From positions 1-24,546 of IMG/VR virus record IMGVR_UViG_3300021963_000627: DNA of 24,546 nt; one strand, 5' to 3'. Source of the stretch: a virus. Its lineage: Duplodnaviria; Caudoviricetes. The notes beneath the pieces were generated by a model. That model had not been told where the DNA came from. It did no database searches and saw only the letters and a list, made by a program, of their open reading frames with translations. This document shows positions 8,306-15,564 of the stretch, piece by piece (positions within the stretch are counted from its first letter, which is position 1; the number at the start of each line of letters is the position of its first letter). The position numbers were made by a program, and so were the translations under genes.

Positions 8306-8953
8306 TTACCCCCTGATGAACCTGTAAATGGCAGGCTGTATGTCGTGGAATACATCAGCCAGCTCTGGAACACGGTCGTAAACGGTGCGGCGATCTGACG
8401 GCTCCATGTAAAAGTCCGTCCAGAAGCCAGTCTCAGAAGCCCACCTCTCCATCGTTTCGCGCGGGTGCAGTTCGTAGTGGAAGGCGGTCATTTCCGCCGT
8501 CTTATCTGGGTTCGGCAGCATGTCGTAGATGAAAAACACGCCGCCCGGGCGAAGAAGGCGCGCTGCCTCCTTCATCACAGCCTTCGGGTCGCCGTGGCCG
8601 ATGGAGAAGCAGGCCAACGCCATGTCGAATTGGCCGTCCTCAACTGGAACAGCCTCCATATCGCACAGGATCGTGCGGCAGGCTTTCGGCGACATATCCA
8701 GCTGGAACTTGTTGATGTTCACCAGCGTAAACTGGAGGTCTGGGCGCATGTTCAGCCATGCTGCCTCCAGCGATCCAGTGCCTGACCCCAGATCAATGAT
8801 CTCAGCATCAGGCGGCGGGTCTGCCCAGCGCAGGAGCCGGTTCGCATGTTCCATCTCGGAGCCTGCGAACCTGTGCGCCTGCAACAGATAGACGCCGCGC
8901 TGCATCATATAAACCGTGGAAGCCTCGATGGCCTCGTGGTTCAGGTCTTTCAT
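8306..8953 (-). CDS. Class I SAM-dependent methyltransferase (small-molecule/UbiE-like type)
   Basis: Motif I IIDLGSGTG, then CDMEAVPVEDGQFDMALACFSIGH and EAARLLRPGGVFFIYD. No DPPY/NPPY or PC motif of DNA MTases. ATGA overlap with the portal stop. Confidence 0.85.
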   Translation of the reverse strand: MKDLNHEAIEASTVYMMQRGVYLLQAHRFAGSEMEHANRLLRWADPPPDAEIIDLGSGTGSLEAAWLNMRPDLQFTLVNINKFQLDMSPKACRTILCDMEAVPVEDGQFDMALACFSIGHGDPKAVMKEAARLLRPGGVFFIYDMLPNPDKTAEMTAFHYELHPRETMERWASETGFWTDFYMEPSDRRTVYDRVPELADVFHDIQPAIYRFIRG

Positions 8954-11187
8954 TGCATCCCCGGAGGCATCATTGGCATCATGGGAGCCGGTGCAGCAGG
9001 AGACGGCGGGGGTTCAGGCGGCGGGGCGTATGCCTGTGCCATCTTGAACATCTCCTGTATCTCCGTCCGCTGCTTGTCGATCTCGCCACGGATGGCGGCG
9101 ATGTCGATCTGCGCCCCATACTTCGCCTGTATCTCGGCAGCCTTGAGCAGACTGTCGGCCACCAGCTTGTCGCGCTGGAGGTCGGCATCCGCCACTGCCT
9201 TCTGGCGTTCCAGTTCCTGCTTGGCGGCGCTGATGACGATGTCGGCCTTGATCTTTTCGGCCTCCACCTGCGCGATGATCTGCGCCGGGTCTGGCTTGTT
9301 CGCACCCGCCGCCATCTGCTGCATGAACGCCTGCACTTCCTGCGGGTTGGTTTCCTTCCAGAAGGCAGACGGATCTTGGAACCCTTGCAACGTCGTCATC
9401 TGAGCCAGCGTGTTGCGGAACTGCGCTAGATCGACCAGCGGATTATTCGGGCCATACTTCTCGATGGCCTGTTGCTGCATCTGGGCGATCTGCCCAAGGC
9501 CCATCAGGCGCATTTCGTCAGACCCGCGACCGAGCGCAATATTGACGACCATGTCCATCGTGCTGTCCCAGCCGCGAGGATCAACCGGGACAAACTTATT
9601 ACGCAGACGGATGATCTTCGCCTTGTCCTGATGCTGGACGACCAGTTGTAGGAGACCTTGGAAGCAGGTTTTTAGGCCGTCAGCGAACAGGCGGGCGATC
9701 ATCTCGATACGATCCTGCGACGCAGACAACTGCGCCTGCACCGCTGCCCGGGTCGTGGACTGCAACACGTCAGCATCCAGACCCTGCGACGTGCGGGAGA
9801 TACCCGTGCGCTGCGTTTTCACCTCGTCCAGATACGCCATGACGCCAAGAGCCTGCTGGCCGACGAAAGGCGTGGAGAACGGCACCACTGAACCCGGGTT
9901 GCGGGCTCGGATGATGGCTCCCGTCTCGTTGTTCAGCACGTCGTCGATGTTGACCTGTCCCTCAACCACCAGCGTGCGCGGGTGGATCGACTGGGCAAGG
10001 CTGTCCAGCGTGTTGCGCATGATGGACGACTTAATCAGCTGAAGGTCCATCGTCTGATCGGCGATAGACTGGCCGAAGATTGTATGAGGCGTCGGATCAG
10101 GCGACAGAATGGAGAACGGAGCAGCCTGCACCACCTCGTCATGCAGAATGTAGGAGCCGTTGCCAATCGTGCAGACACGATGCAGTTCAGCGATGCCGTC
10201 TCCATCCTTGTCCACGCGGATATAGCTTTCGACGTAAAACACCTTGTCAGTCGTCTCGTCAGAAGTCTGCGTGACGCCAAAGAATGACTGGTCTGCCGGG
10301 TTGCGAACGATGACTTCTTGGTTCATCTCGAACCCGCCAGTGCCAGCGTTCATCTCAATCACGTCGCGGTCGTATCCCATCGCCACAAGATCGGAGACAG
10401 TCATCAAACGACGACGGCCAACGTAGATCGCGTCCTGAATGGACATGGCTTCGTTGTCGATGAGGAACTGCTCGGGCGGGACGCACTCGACAATGTAGCG
10501 AGGCGTGCGCTTGATGCGGCGAATAGACATTGAGACAACCTGCTCACCAGTCAGCAGGTCTGTTTCCTCAGTGTACATGTCAACTTCGACGTCTTTGTCC
10601 TGAGAAATCATGTTTGCTTCAGCGACAGAGAGGCCGGTGTAGTTGAAATACTGGACGCTCTCGTCATCGAGCTTATACCAGTTCAGGATGCCGGTTTTCA
10701 GGATCAACGCGTCCTTCATGGCGTCGTGAAGGATGCGGAAACCAGAATTTTCCTGCATGAAGATATAGTTGATGAGGTCGGTTGCTTGCTCGGCAGCCGC
10801 CACATCTTCAGCGTTCTTCGGGACAAACTCCAAAATCTTGTCGCCGCCCGTGAAAATACGCAGCAGAGACGGCAGCATCGCCAGAACGGTGTCACGCACC
10901 TCAGTCATCACGACCTGAGAGCGGCCATCCTCCTCGTTCCCAAACAGGTTGCCGAGGTAATACGACATCGCTGTCTCGCGCTCTGGAGCAATATAGCTGT
11001 CGATGTACGTCTGGCTGTCCTCGATCGCCTGATAGACGATATATCGGAACTCCTCGTCGCTCATCGGCTCATTGTCAGGCGTCAAATAGCCTGTTTCGGA
11101 GTTGTAGGCGCTGTTCGCCACCCCGTCAGCCGAGATAGGGATCAGGTCAGGGTTGTATCTGCCGGGAGTGATGCCACTAGTCGCCAT
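8950..11187 (-). CDS. Portal protein (P22-like podovirus type)
   Basis: 745 aa. Motifs YYLG..GNEEDGRSQVV..VRDTV..LPSLLRIF, KDALILKTG, VPPEQFLID, PHTIFGQS.AD..DLQLIKS and RTGISR..QGLD; long Gln/Ala-rich helical C-terminus. Position fits a head module. Confidence 0.9.
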   Translation of the reverse strand: MATSGITPGRYNPDLIPISADGVANSAYNSETGYLTPDNEPMSDEEFRYIVYQAIEDSQTYIDSYIAPERETAMSYYLGNLFGNEEDGRSQVVMTEVRDTVLAMLPSLLRIFTGGDKILEFVPKNAEDVAAAEQATDLINYIFMQENSGFRILHDAMKDALILKTGILNWYKLDDESVQYFNYTGLSVAEANMISQDKDVEVDMYTEETDLLTGEQVVSMSIRRIKRTPRYIVECVPPEQFLIDNEAMSIQDAIYVGRRRLMTVSDLVAMGYDRDVIEMNAGTGGFEMNQEVIVRNPADQSFFGVTQTSDETTDKVFYVESYIRVDKDGDGIAELHRVCTIGNGSYILHDEVVQAAPFSILSPDPTPHTIFGQSIADQTMDLQLIKSSIMRNTLDSLAQSIHPRTLVVEGQVNIDDVLNNETGAIIRARNPGSVVPFSTPFVGQQALGVMAYLDEVKTQRTGISRTSQGLDADVLQSTTRAAVQAQLSASQDRIEMIARLFADGLKTCFQGLLQLVVQHQDKAKIIRLRNKFVPVDPRGWDSTMDMVVNIALGRGSDEMRLMGLGQIAQMQQQAIEKYGPNNPLVDLAQFRNTLAQMTTLQGFQDPSAFWKETNPQEVQAFMQQMAAGANKPDPAQIIAQVEAEKIKADIVISAAKQELERQKAVADADLQRDKLVADSLLKAAEIQAKYGAQIDIAAIRGEIDKQRTEIQEMFKMAQAYAPPPEPPPSPAAPAPMMPMMPPGMQ

Positions 11188-11746
11188 TGCCTGCCCCTTT
11201 TCTTACCCGCCACCACTGCCAGCCCCGATGCGTGCCGCTTTCATGGCTCGGGAAAAAACTTTCCACTGCCTGTTTTACACCAATCATGGGTAAATCGTCA
11301 CCGCCGATCACTCCACCGGGGCGCACCTTCGGCCACCAAGCTACAATGTCGGCCAGAACCTCGTCGTACTCATGCCCCGCGTCGATCCAGACGAAATCAA
11401 CGCTGCCATCGTCAAACAAGTCAGCAGCAGCCGCGCTGTCGAGCCGATGGATCGTCACATCCACGTCTGGAACGCGGCCAATGTTGGCCTTGAAGACTTC
11501 AAAGACGTCTTTCAGCTGCGGATCACGGCGATGTGCGTCCTCATTCGACCCGCCCCAGTGGTCGATGAAGTGCATTTCGATCATCTTGCCACTGTTCAGC
11601 ACCTCGACAGCCAGAAAACAGGCTGACCGGCCCTTCCAGCAGCCCAATTCCACGAAAACAGCACCATCAGACGCCTCACGGACAGCCTGACGATACGGTT
11701 CCTCAAAGCAAAACCAGCCTTGTATCTCCTCGAAGAAGTGGTTCAT
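11177..11746 (-). CDS. Class I SAM-dependent methyltransferase (Methyltransf_24-like)
   Basis: Motifs FVELGCWKGRSA, IDHWGGS, VDFVWIDAGHEYDEV..DI..WWPKVRPGGVIGGDD. Overlaps the portal start by 11 nt. Confidence 0.88.
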   Translation of the reverse strand: MNHFFEEIQGWFCFEEPYRQAVREASDGAVFVELGCWKGRSACFLAVEVLNSGKMIEMHFIDHWGGSNEDAHRRDPQLKDVFEVFKANIGRVPDVDVTIHRLDSAAAADLFDDGSVDFVWIDAGHEYDEVLADIVAWWPKVRPGGVIGGDDLPMIGVKQAVESFFPSHESGTHRGWQWWRVRKGAGNGD

Positions 11747-11907
11747 TTCTTCTTCTTGGACATGCCAGCTTCAGACAGGGCTATCGCGATGGCCTGCTTG
11801 CGGCTTTTCACAACCGGACCAGATTTCGACCCAGAATGCAGCTTTCCGGACTTGTATTCACGGTAAACCTTTGATATCTTTTTTTCAGCTTTGGAGGCTT
11901 TTTTCAT
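11743..11907 (-). CDS. Lys-rich microprotein (DUF6496-like); not in the ORF track
   Basis: Translated by hand: MKKASKAEKKISKVYREYKSGKLHSGSKSGPVVKSRKQAIAIALSEAGMSKKKK (54 aa). GGGAG RBS at 11918-11914; ATGA overlap with the MTase start. Confidence 0.8.
   Translation of the reverse strand: MKKASKAEKKISKVYREYKSGKLHSGSKSGPVVKSRKQAIAIALSEAGMSKKKK
11852..11897 (+). promoter_or_regulatory. Putative sigma70 promoter and RBS for the antisense HNH gene
   Basis: TTGTAT (11852-57), 17-nt spacer, TATCTT (11875-80) with an extended-10 TG at 11872-73. GGAGG at 11893-97 sits 8 nt before ATG 11906. Confidence 0.55.
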
Positions 11908-12409
11908 GTCAAACTCCCATGAAGTGTGGAAACCTGTGGCGGGGTATGAGGGTATTTATGAGATAAGCAGTGAGGGGAGATTTGCTCGCATTAAGAATGG
12001 AGAAAGGGTTATTAGAAAAATAAATAAATGCACGCACTATCCAAGCGTGTCCCTTCTTAAGCGGCCAAACGATAAAATTCAAAAATCTTCGACTATCCAT
12101 AAACTTGTGGCGACCGCCTTTCTTGGAGAAAAGCCACAAGGACACGTTATTCGTCATATTGACGGTGACAGATACAACTCCAAAGCAAGCAATCTTTGCT
12201 ATGGAACACCAAAAGAAAATGCTCAAGACAGCATTAATCATGGAACATACAAAGGATCGAGAAACGGAAGATCGCTTCTCTGTGAGAGAGGAGTTGAAGC
12301 TGTTCGAATGCTTATTGAGCATGGTGTTTCATTGACTGAGATTGCGCGAAGAATTGATGTGTCCATATCGACGGTACATGGAATAAAGATGGGGCGAAGC
12401 TGGAAATAG
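11906..12409 (+). CDS. NUMOD4-HNH homing endonuclease, antisense to the late operon
   Basis: NUMOD4 motif WKPVAGYEGIYEISSEGR; HNH motif HKLVATAFLG..VIRHIDGDRYNSKASNL..GT.KEN; C-terminal HTH-like segment (EIARRIDVSISTVHGIK.GRSW). AT-rich relative to the flanks. Confidence 0.9.
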   Translation: MSNSHEVWKPVAGYEGIYEISSEGRFARIKNGERVIRKINKCTHYPSVSLLKRPNDKIQKSSTIHKLVATAFLGEKPQGHVIRHIDGDRYNSKASNLCYGTPKENAQDSINHGTYKGSRNGRSLLCERGVEAVRMLIEHGVSLTEIARRIDVSISTVHGIKMGRSWK

Positions 12410-12412
12410 TTT

Positions 12413-13081
12413 TCATTCTGCCGCCTCCTGCTTCGCGTTCTGCGCGATCATCTCGTCTTCTGTATGCTCATGGTGGAAGTCCAGCGAGCCCGTATGGCCG
12501 ACCTTCTGCGATGCGTCGTGGTCAACCCAGATGTCGAACCCAGCCCTGCGAGCCAGTTCGCAGAAGAACATGTCCTCACCCGCCCACATCTTCGCAGACG
12601 GAACATAATGTATCTGGAACCACGGATAACCGAGCTTCTTGAATACGTCGGCGCGGATCAGCATGGCTCCCATGCCAACCGCTGCCACCTGCTCCAAGCC
12701 GGTCTTGCCGAGCGAATACACATGCTCCAAGGCAGCCCAGTCCTTGAAGGCCACCGTCTTCACCGGCAGACGCCGGGTGGCGTAGTTGCAGGCCACGATG
12801 TCCTTGTCATGCTCCGTCAGGCGGTCAACAAGGTCAATCGGGAACCGCATGTCGCTGTCGAGGAACAGCACCCAGTCTGCATTGGCGCGCAGGGCCATTT
12901 CGACCAGCTTGCAACGCTGATCTGCGATCAGGGTTCCCTGCAAGAAGTGCAGATTGAAGGCCGATCCTTCAGGTGCATTGGCGTACCAGCGCGCAGACAT
13001 ACGCGCCAAGTCATACGCGAAACCCGTGTTGACCGTTTCGCGCGCTGGTACGCAGATCGAAAGGTTAATCCCCTTCGTCAT
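12413..13081 (-). CDS. Glycosyltransferase, GT-A / GT2-like
   Basis: Likely start is ATG 13081 (MTKGINLSICVPAR). DxD motif VLFLDSDMRFP, then VGMGAMLIR..VF.KL..PWF, GEDMFFC..AR.AGFDIWVD and GH.G. The ORF-track extension to 13432 is a shadow of the upstream gene. Confidence 0.85.
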   Translation of the reverse strand: MTKGINLSICVPARETVNTGFAYDLARMSARWYANAPEGSAFNLHFLQGTLIADQRCKLVEMALRANADWVLFLDSDMRFPIDLVDRLTEHDKDIVACNYATRRLPVKTVAFKDWAALEHVYSLGKTGLEQVAAVGMGAMLIRADVFKKLGYPWFQIHYVPSAKMWAGEDMFFCELARRAGFDIWVDHDASQKVGHTGSLDFHHEHTEDEMIAQNAKQEAAE

Positions 13082-13544
13082 ACTCACCGTCCATCTCGCC
13101 GCCCATGTCGTCCTCGGACTCCATGTCGCCCTCGTCGCCTTCGTCTTTGATGGGGCCACCGACGATCCATGCGGCGCAAGTGCGATTAGCGGCGCACTTG
13201 AAGTCGAAGATTTCACAGAAGCCAAGGTCGCCTGCGTCCACGACCTCCATCGCGTCCTGCATACGATCAGGCGACAGGCCGTCCTCGATGCACTTGAGCA
13301 TCTTGGCGGTCTGGTTGAACGCAGCGCAGTTGCCGCAGCGCATCTTCTTGGCGTTCTCAGGCGTCTCGTCCCAACGGTTCGCCATGCGCTGCCAGTAGTC
13401 ACGGTTCGGCAGGTTCGGGTCCATCGGGCCATAGTCAGCCTTGTCGATGGCCTTTCCCCTGTTCTTCAGGTTCAGCGTGAGGTCGCCAGTGGCAGCAGGG
13501 CAAGCATCGCCGCCCTCGCCGCCTTCCATCATTTCTTCATCCAT
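13065..13544 (-). CDS. Cys-rich acidic protein with a HiPIP-like C-x2-C...C...C-x2-W motif
   Basis: RCGNCAAF...GFCEIFDFKCAANRTCAAW with acidic N- and C-termini; GAGGA RBS upstream. Confidence 0.6.
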   Translation of the reverse strand: MDEEMMEGGEGGDACPAATGDLTLNLKNRGKAIDKADYGPMDPNLPNRDYWQRMANRWDETPENAKKMRCGNCAAFNQTAKMLKCIEDGLSPDRMQDAMEVVDAGDLGFCEIFDFKCAANRTCAAWIVGGPIKDEGDEGDMESEDDMGGEMDGEYDEGD

Positions 13545-13553
13545 GACCAGTCC

Positions 13554-13793
13554 TCACTTGAAGCCGACGAGAAGGGTAGCTGTCGTAGCAGCCGTCACCT
13601 TCTGCGTGCGGATCGGAAGGATCGTTCCGACAGGAGGAGCCGTGAACGTGACGGTCGTGCCTTCCTCGGTCACAACGGTTACGTTGCCCGCGCCGCCAAC
13701 ATAGATGCCAGAGAAGACGTTGGTTTCAGTGTCAGACTTGGTGATGGCAACAGCGTCACCCCAAGTGCGCCCATTCGCAAGAAAACTAGCCAT
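13554..13793 (-). CDS. Head-spike base protein (RcGTA Rcc01079-like)
   Basis: AVAITKSD..IYVGGAGNVTV..G.TVTF..PVGTILPIR..KV..TTAT.LV matches the pattern I recall for the RcGTA spike-base family; GGAG RBS upstream. Confidence 0.7.
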   Translation of the reverse strand: MASFLANGRTWGDAVAITKSDTETNVFSGIYVGGAGNVTVVTEEGTTVTFTAPPVGTILPIRTQKVTAATTATLLVGFK

Positions 13794-13802
13794 GCTTCAC
13801 TC

Positions 13803-13958
13803 CTACTTCTTCTTGCGCCCTGCGCGCATGTTGTCGATCAGATTAGGATAAGGGCGACCGGCAGCCTTCGCCATCGCCTTCGCAGACGCCTTCTGCTTCG
13901 GCGTCAGCTTCTTGTCGCCCTTCGTCGGGTCTTTCGTTTTCCAGACAGGCTTTTTCAC
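13803..13958 (-). CDS. Lys-rich microprotein; not in the ORF track
   Basis: Translated by hand from GTG 13958: MKKPVWKTKDPTKGDKKLTPKQKASAKAMAKAAGRPYPNLIDNMRAGRKKK (51 aa). GTGA overlap with the upstream stop; GGGAGG RBS. Confidence 0.75.
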   Translation of the reverse strand: MKKPVWKTKDPTKGDKKLTPKQKASAKAMAKAAGRPYPNLIDNMRAGRKKK

Positions 13959-14263
13959 TTGCCTCCCTTTCCCTTATTTCGCGCGGAGATAGCTTTGGCC
14001 TTGGCCTTGGCATCCGCCTTAGAACTGGCACCCCACGCTTGCAACGATAGAAGTAAACGTGTCGGCTCTCCTTTGTCATCGCGCTCCGGCCCCGGCATGT
14101 TGCCCATGCGAGCCAAGAATGACGCACGACGCGGATTGTCGCCAGACTTTACAGGAGGCTTCAGGTTCATACCCGCAGCCTTCGCAGACGCGCGGCCCTT
14201 GGCGTTCAGTCCGCCCTTGGGGTTCTTGCCTTCGGCGCGCTGCCATGCGGGAGATTTAGCCAT
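13955..14263 (-). CDS. Basic small phage protein (DUF6321-like)
   Basis: PAWQRAEGKNPKGGLNAKGRAS..NLKPPVK..RRASFLARM..SRL-like..LQAW pattern; TGATG coupling to the upstream gene. Confidence 0.7.
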   Translation of the reverse strand: MAKSPAWQRAEGKNPKGGLNAKGRASAKAAGMNLKPPVKSGDNPRRASFLARMGNMPGPERDDKGEPTRLLLSLQAWGASSKADAKAKAKAISARNKGKGGK

Positions 14264-15564
14264 CAGAGGAGCCCCCGTTCGATGTCTTCGCGTTTGATGG
14301 GTTTGGGAGCATTAGCACCTGCCGCGACAGCGCCGCCTCCAAGAAGGCCGACAAGACCGTATTTTCTCAAGATCTCGATTAAGTTGTCGTCGAAAACGAC
14401 ATAGTTTCTGTCCCCATCACCCTGACCTCTGCTACCTCTGTCCAAATACCGCACACCGGGTATCCCAAGTTTATTTAACGTCTCACGAGCGCCTTCAGCA
14501 GCATCAAGCACAACCTTGCCTTTCGGCGTCTCGTAAAGAGTTGGAAGATTTCTTGCTCTTGCTTCTGCGTCTATCAATTCCTTCATAATGCGTTCGCCTG
14601 TTGCAACTTTTGACGCCGCGTATTGGTCCGCACCACTAAGTGCAGCAGGCAATGATCCTTTCAGATTATCCAAGGTTTCTTTTGGCAACCTTCTAAGCAT
14701 ATCTTTTACGGCCTCTGACTGTTGGTCAAACGGCTTGTCCCAATCTAAAAAGTTTTCTTTTTCAGCCCTAATGCGTGCCTCATACATGTGGCCTTTCTTT
14801 AACTTCTCAATTTTCGTCGGATCGACCGCCTGAATATCAGCAATTTGCTCGTCAATCCCTTTTATCGCTCGCTCCTTTACTGACGGCGGAAGTTCGTCCC
14901 TAAGTGGGATCATTCTTTTCTGACTTTCTAAATATTGAATATGAGCCTTCATGGCTGATGCTGGGTCTTCTTTTGATCCGAAGACAGACGCATAATAATC
15001 TTCAGGTTTGAGCCCAGAGGCATCCATTGGCCTTCCTGTATACACAGGAAGCGGGTTCCCTTTATATGCAACCTCTGGGCTACTCTGTGACAGCGCATCT
15101 CTATAAGACCGCGCTACATTCTCGTTTTCCGCAAAATATAACCCGCGACCATAAGCCTGCGCGCCTTCTCCTGTCCCGATCTTGCTCATTTCGAAGCGAT
15201 CAAAGTTGTGCGGGGAGCCGTGATAAACAGTGAACCCTTCTGGCTGCACCATCTTGCCGCCGCCAGACCCCAAAGCGCCACGGACAGCAAACGGCATGGA
15301 GCCGGTGATCGCCGCGCCAGCAAAGTCAGCCGCACGGCTGATGGCCTCATCGGATCGTGGATCAATCTTGCCCTGATACACGTCGCCGGGAAGACGCGCC
15401 GCCTGATAGATCGACTTAATCAGCTGCGCGGGCAGCGTCTGCCCCAAGGCATCCCAGACTTCCTGCCGAGCCTGCTGCTGACCAACCTGACCAGTATATG
15501 CCTGCAACGCACGCTGCTGGGCAGCACGCTCATCATCGGTCAGAAAGTCCAGCAAGCCTGCCAT
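14263..15564 (-). CDS. ADP-ribosyltransferase-like (ART-PolyVal type) domain protein
   Basis: True start is ATG 15564 (MAGLLDFL), with a TGATG overlap with terL. N-half motif YHGSPHNFDRF..IGTGEGAQAYGRGLYFAE..VARSY; later GHMYEARI..FLDWDKP; C-terminal GIPGVRYLD.GSR..NYVVFDD.LIEI. Confidence 0.7.
   Translation of the reverse strand: MAGLLDFLTDDERAAQQRALQAYTGQVGQQQARQEVWDALGQTLPAQLIKSIYQAARLPGDVYQGKIDPRSDEAISRAADFAGAAITGSMPFAVRGALGSGGGKMVQPEGFTVYHGSPHNFDRFEMSKIGTGEGAQAYGRGLYFAENENVARSYRDALSQSSPEVAYKGNPLPVYTGRPMDASGLKPEDYYASVFGSKEDPASAMKAHIQYLESQKRMIPLRDELPPSVKERAIKGIDEQIADIQAVDPTKIEKLKKGHMYEARIRAEKENFLDWDKPFDQQSEAVKDMLRRLPKETLDNLKGSLPAALSGADQYAASKVATGERIMKELIDAEARARNLPTLYETPKGKVVLDAAEGARETLNKLGIPGVRYLDRGSRGQGDGDRNYVVFDDNLIEILRKYGLVGLLGGGAVAAGANAPKPIKREDIERGLL

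Noticed and set aside
8306-11746. DNA methyltransferases or a restriction-modification system
   Set aside because: Neither MTase shows DPPY/NPPY/SPPY or PC catalytic motifs, and no cognate restriction nuclease is adjacent.
3389-12409. Group I introns or inteins hosting the two HNH genes
   Set aside because: Both HNH ORFs lie between intact genes with almost no flanking non-coding sequence for a ribozyme core. TerL, portal and MCP appear uninterrupted and show no intein motifs.
13082-13432. N-terminal extension of the glycosyltransferase given in the ORF track
   Set aside because: It overlaps the Cys-rich gene in another frame and reads as low-quality sequence; the GT fold begins at MTKGINLSICVPAR (13081).
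12954-14297. 447-aa plus-strand ORF
   Set aside because: It is the antisense shadow of several well-formed minus-strand genes with RBSs and coupled junctions. It has no recognisable motif, and long shadow ORFs are expected in GC-rich DNA.
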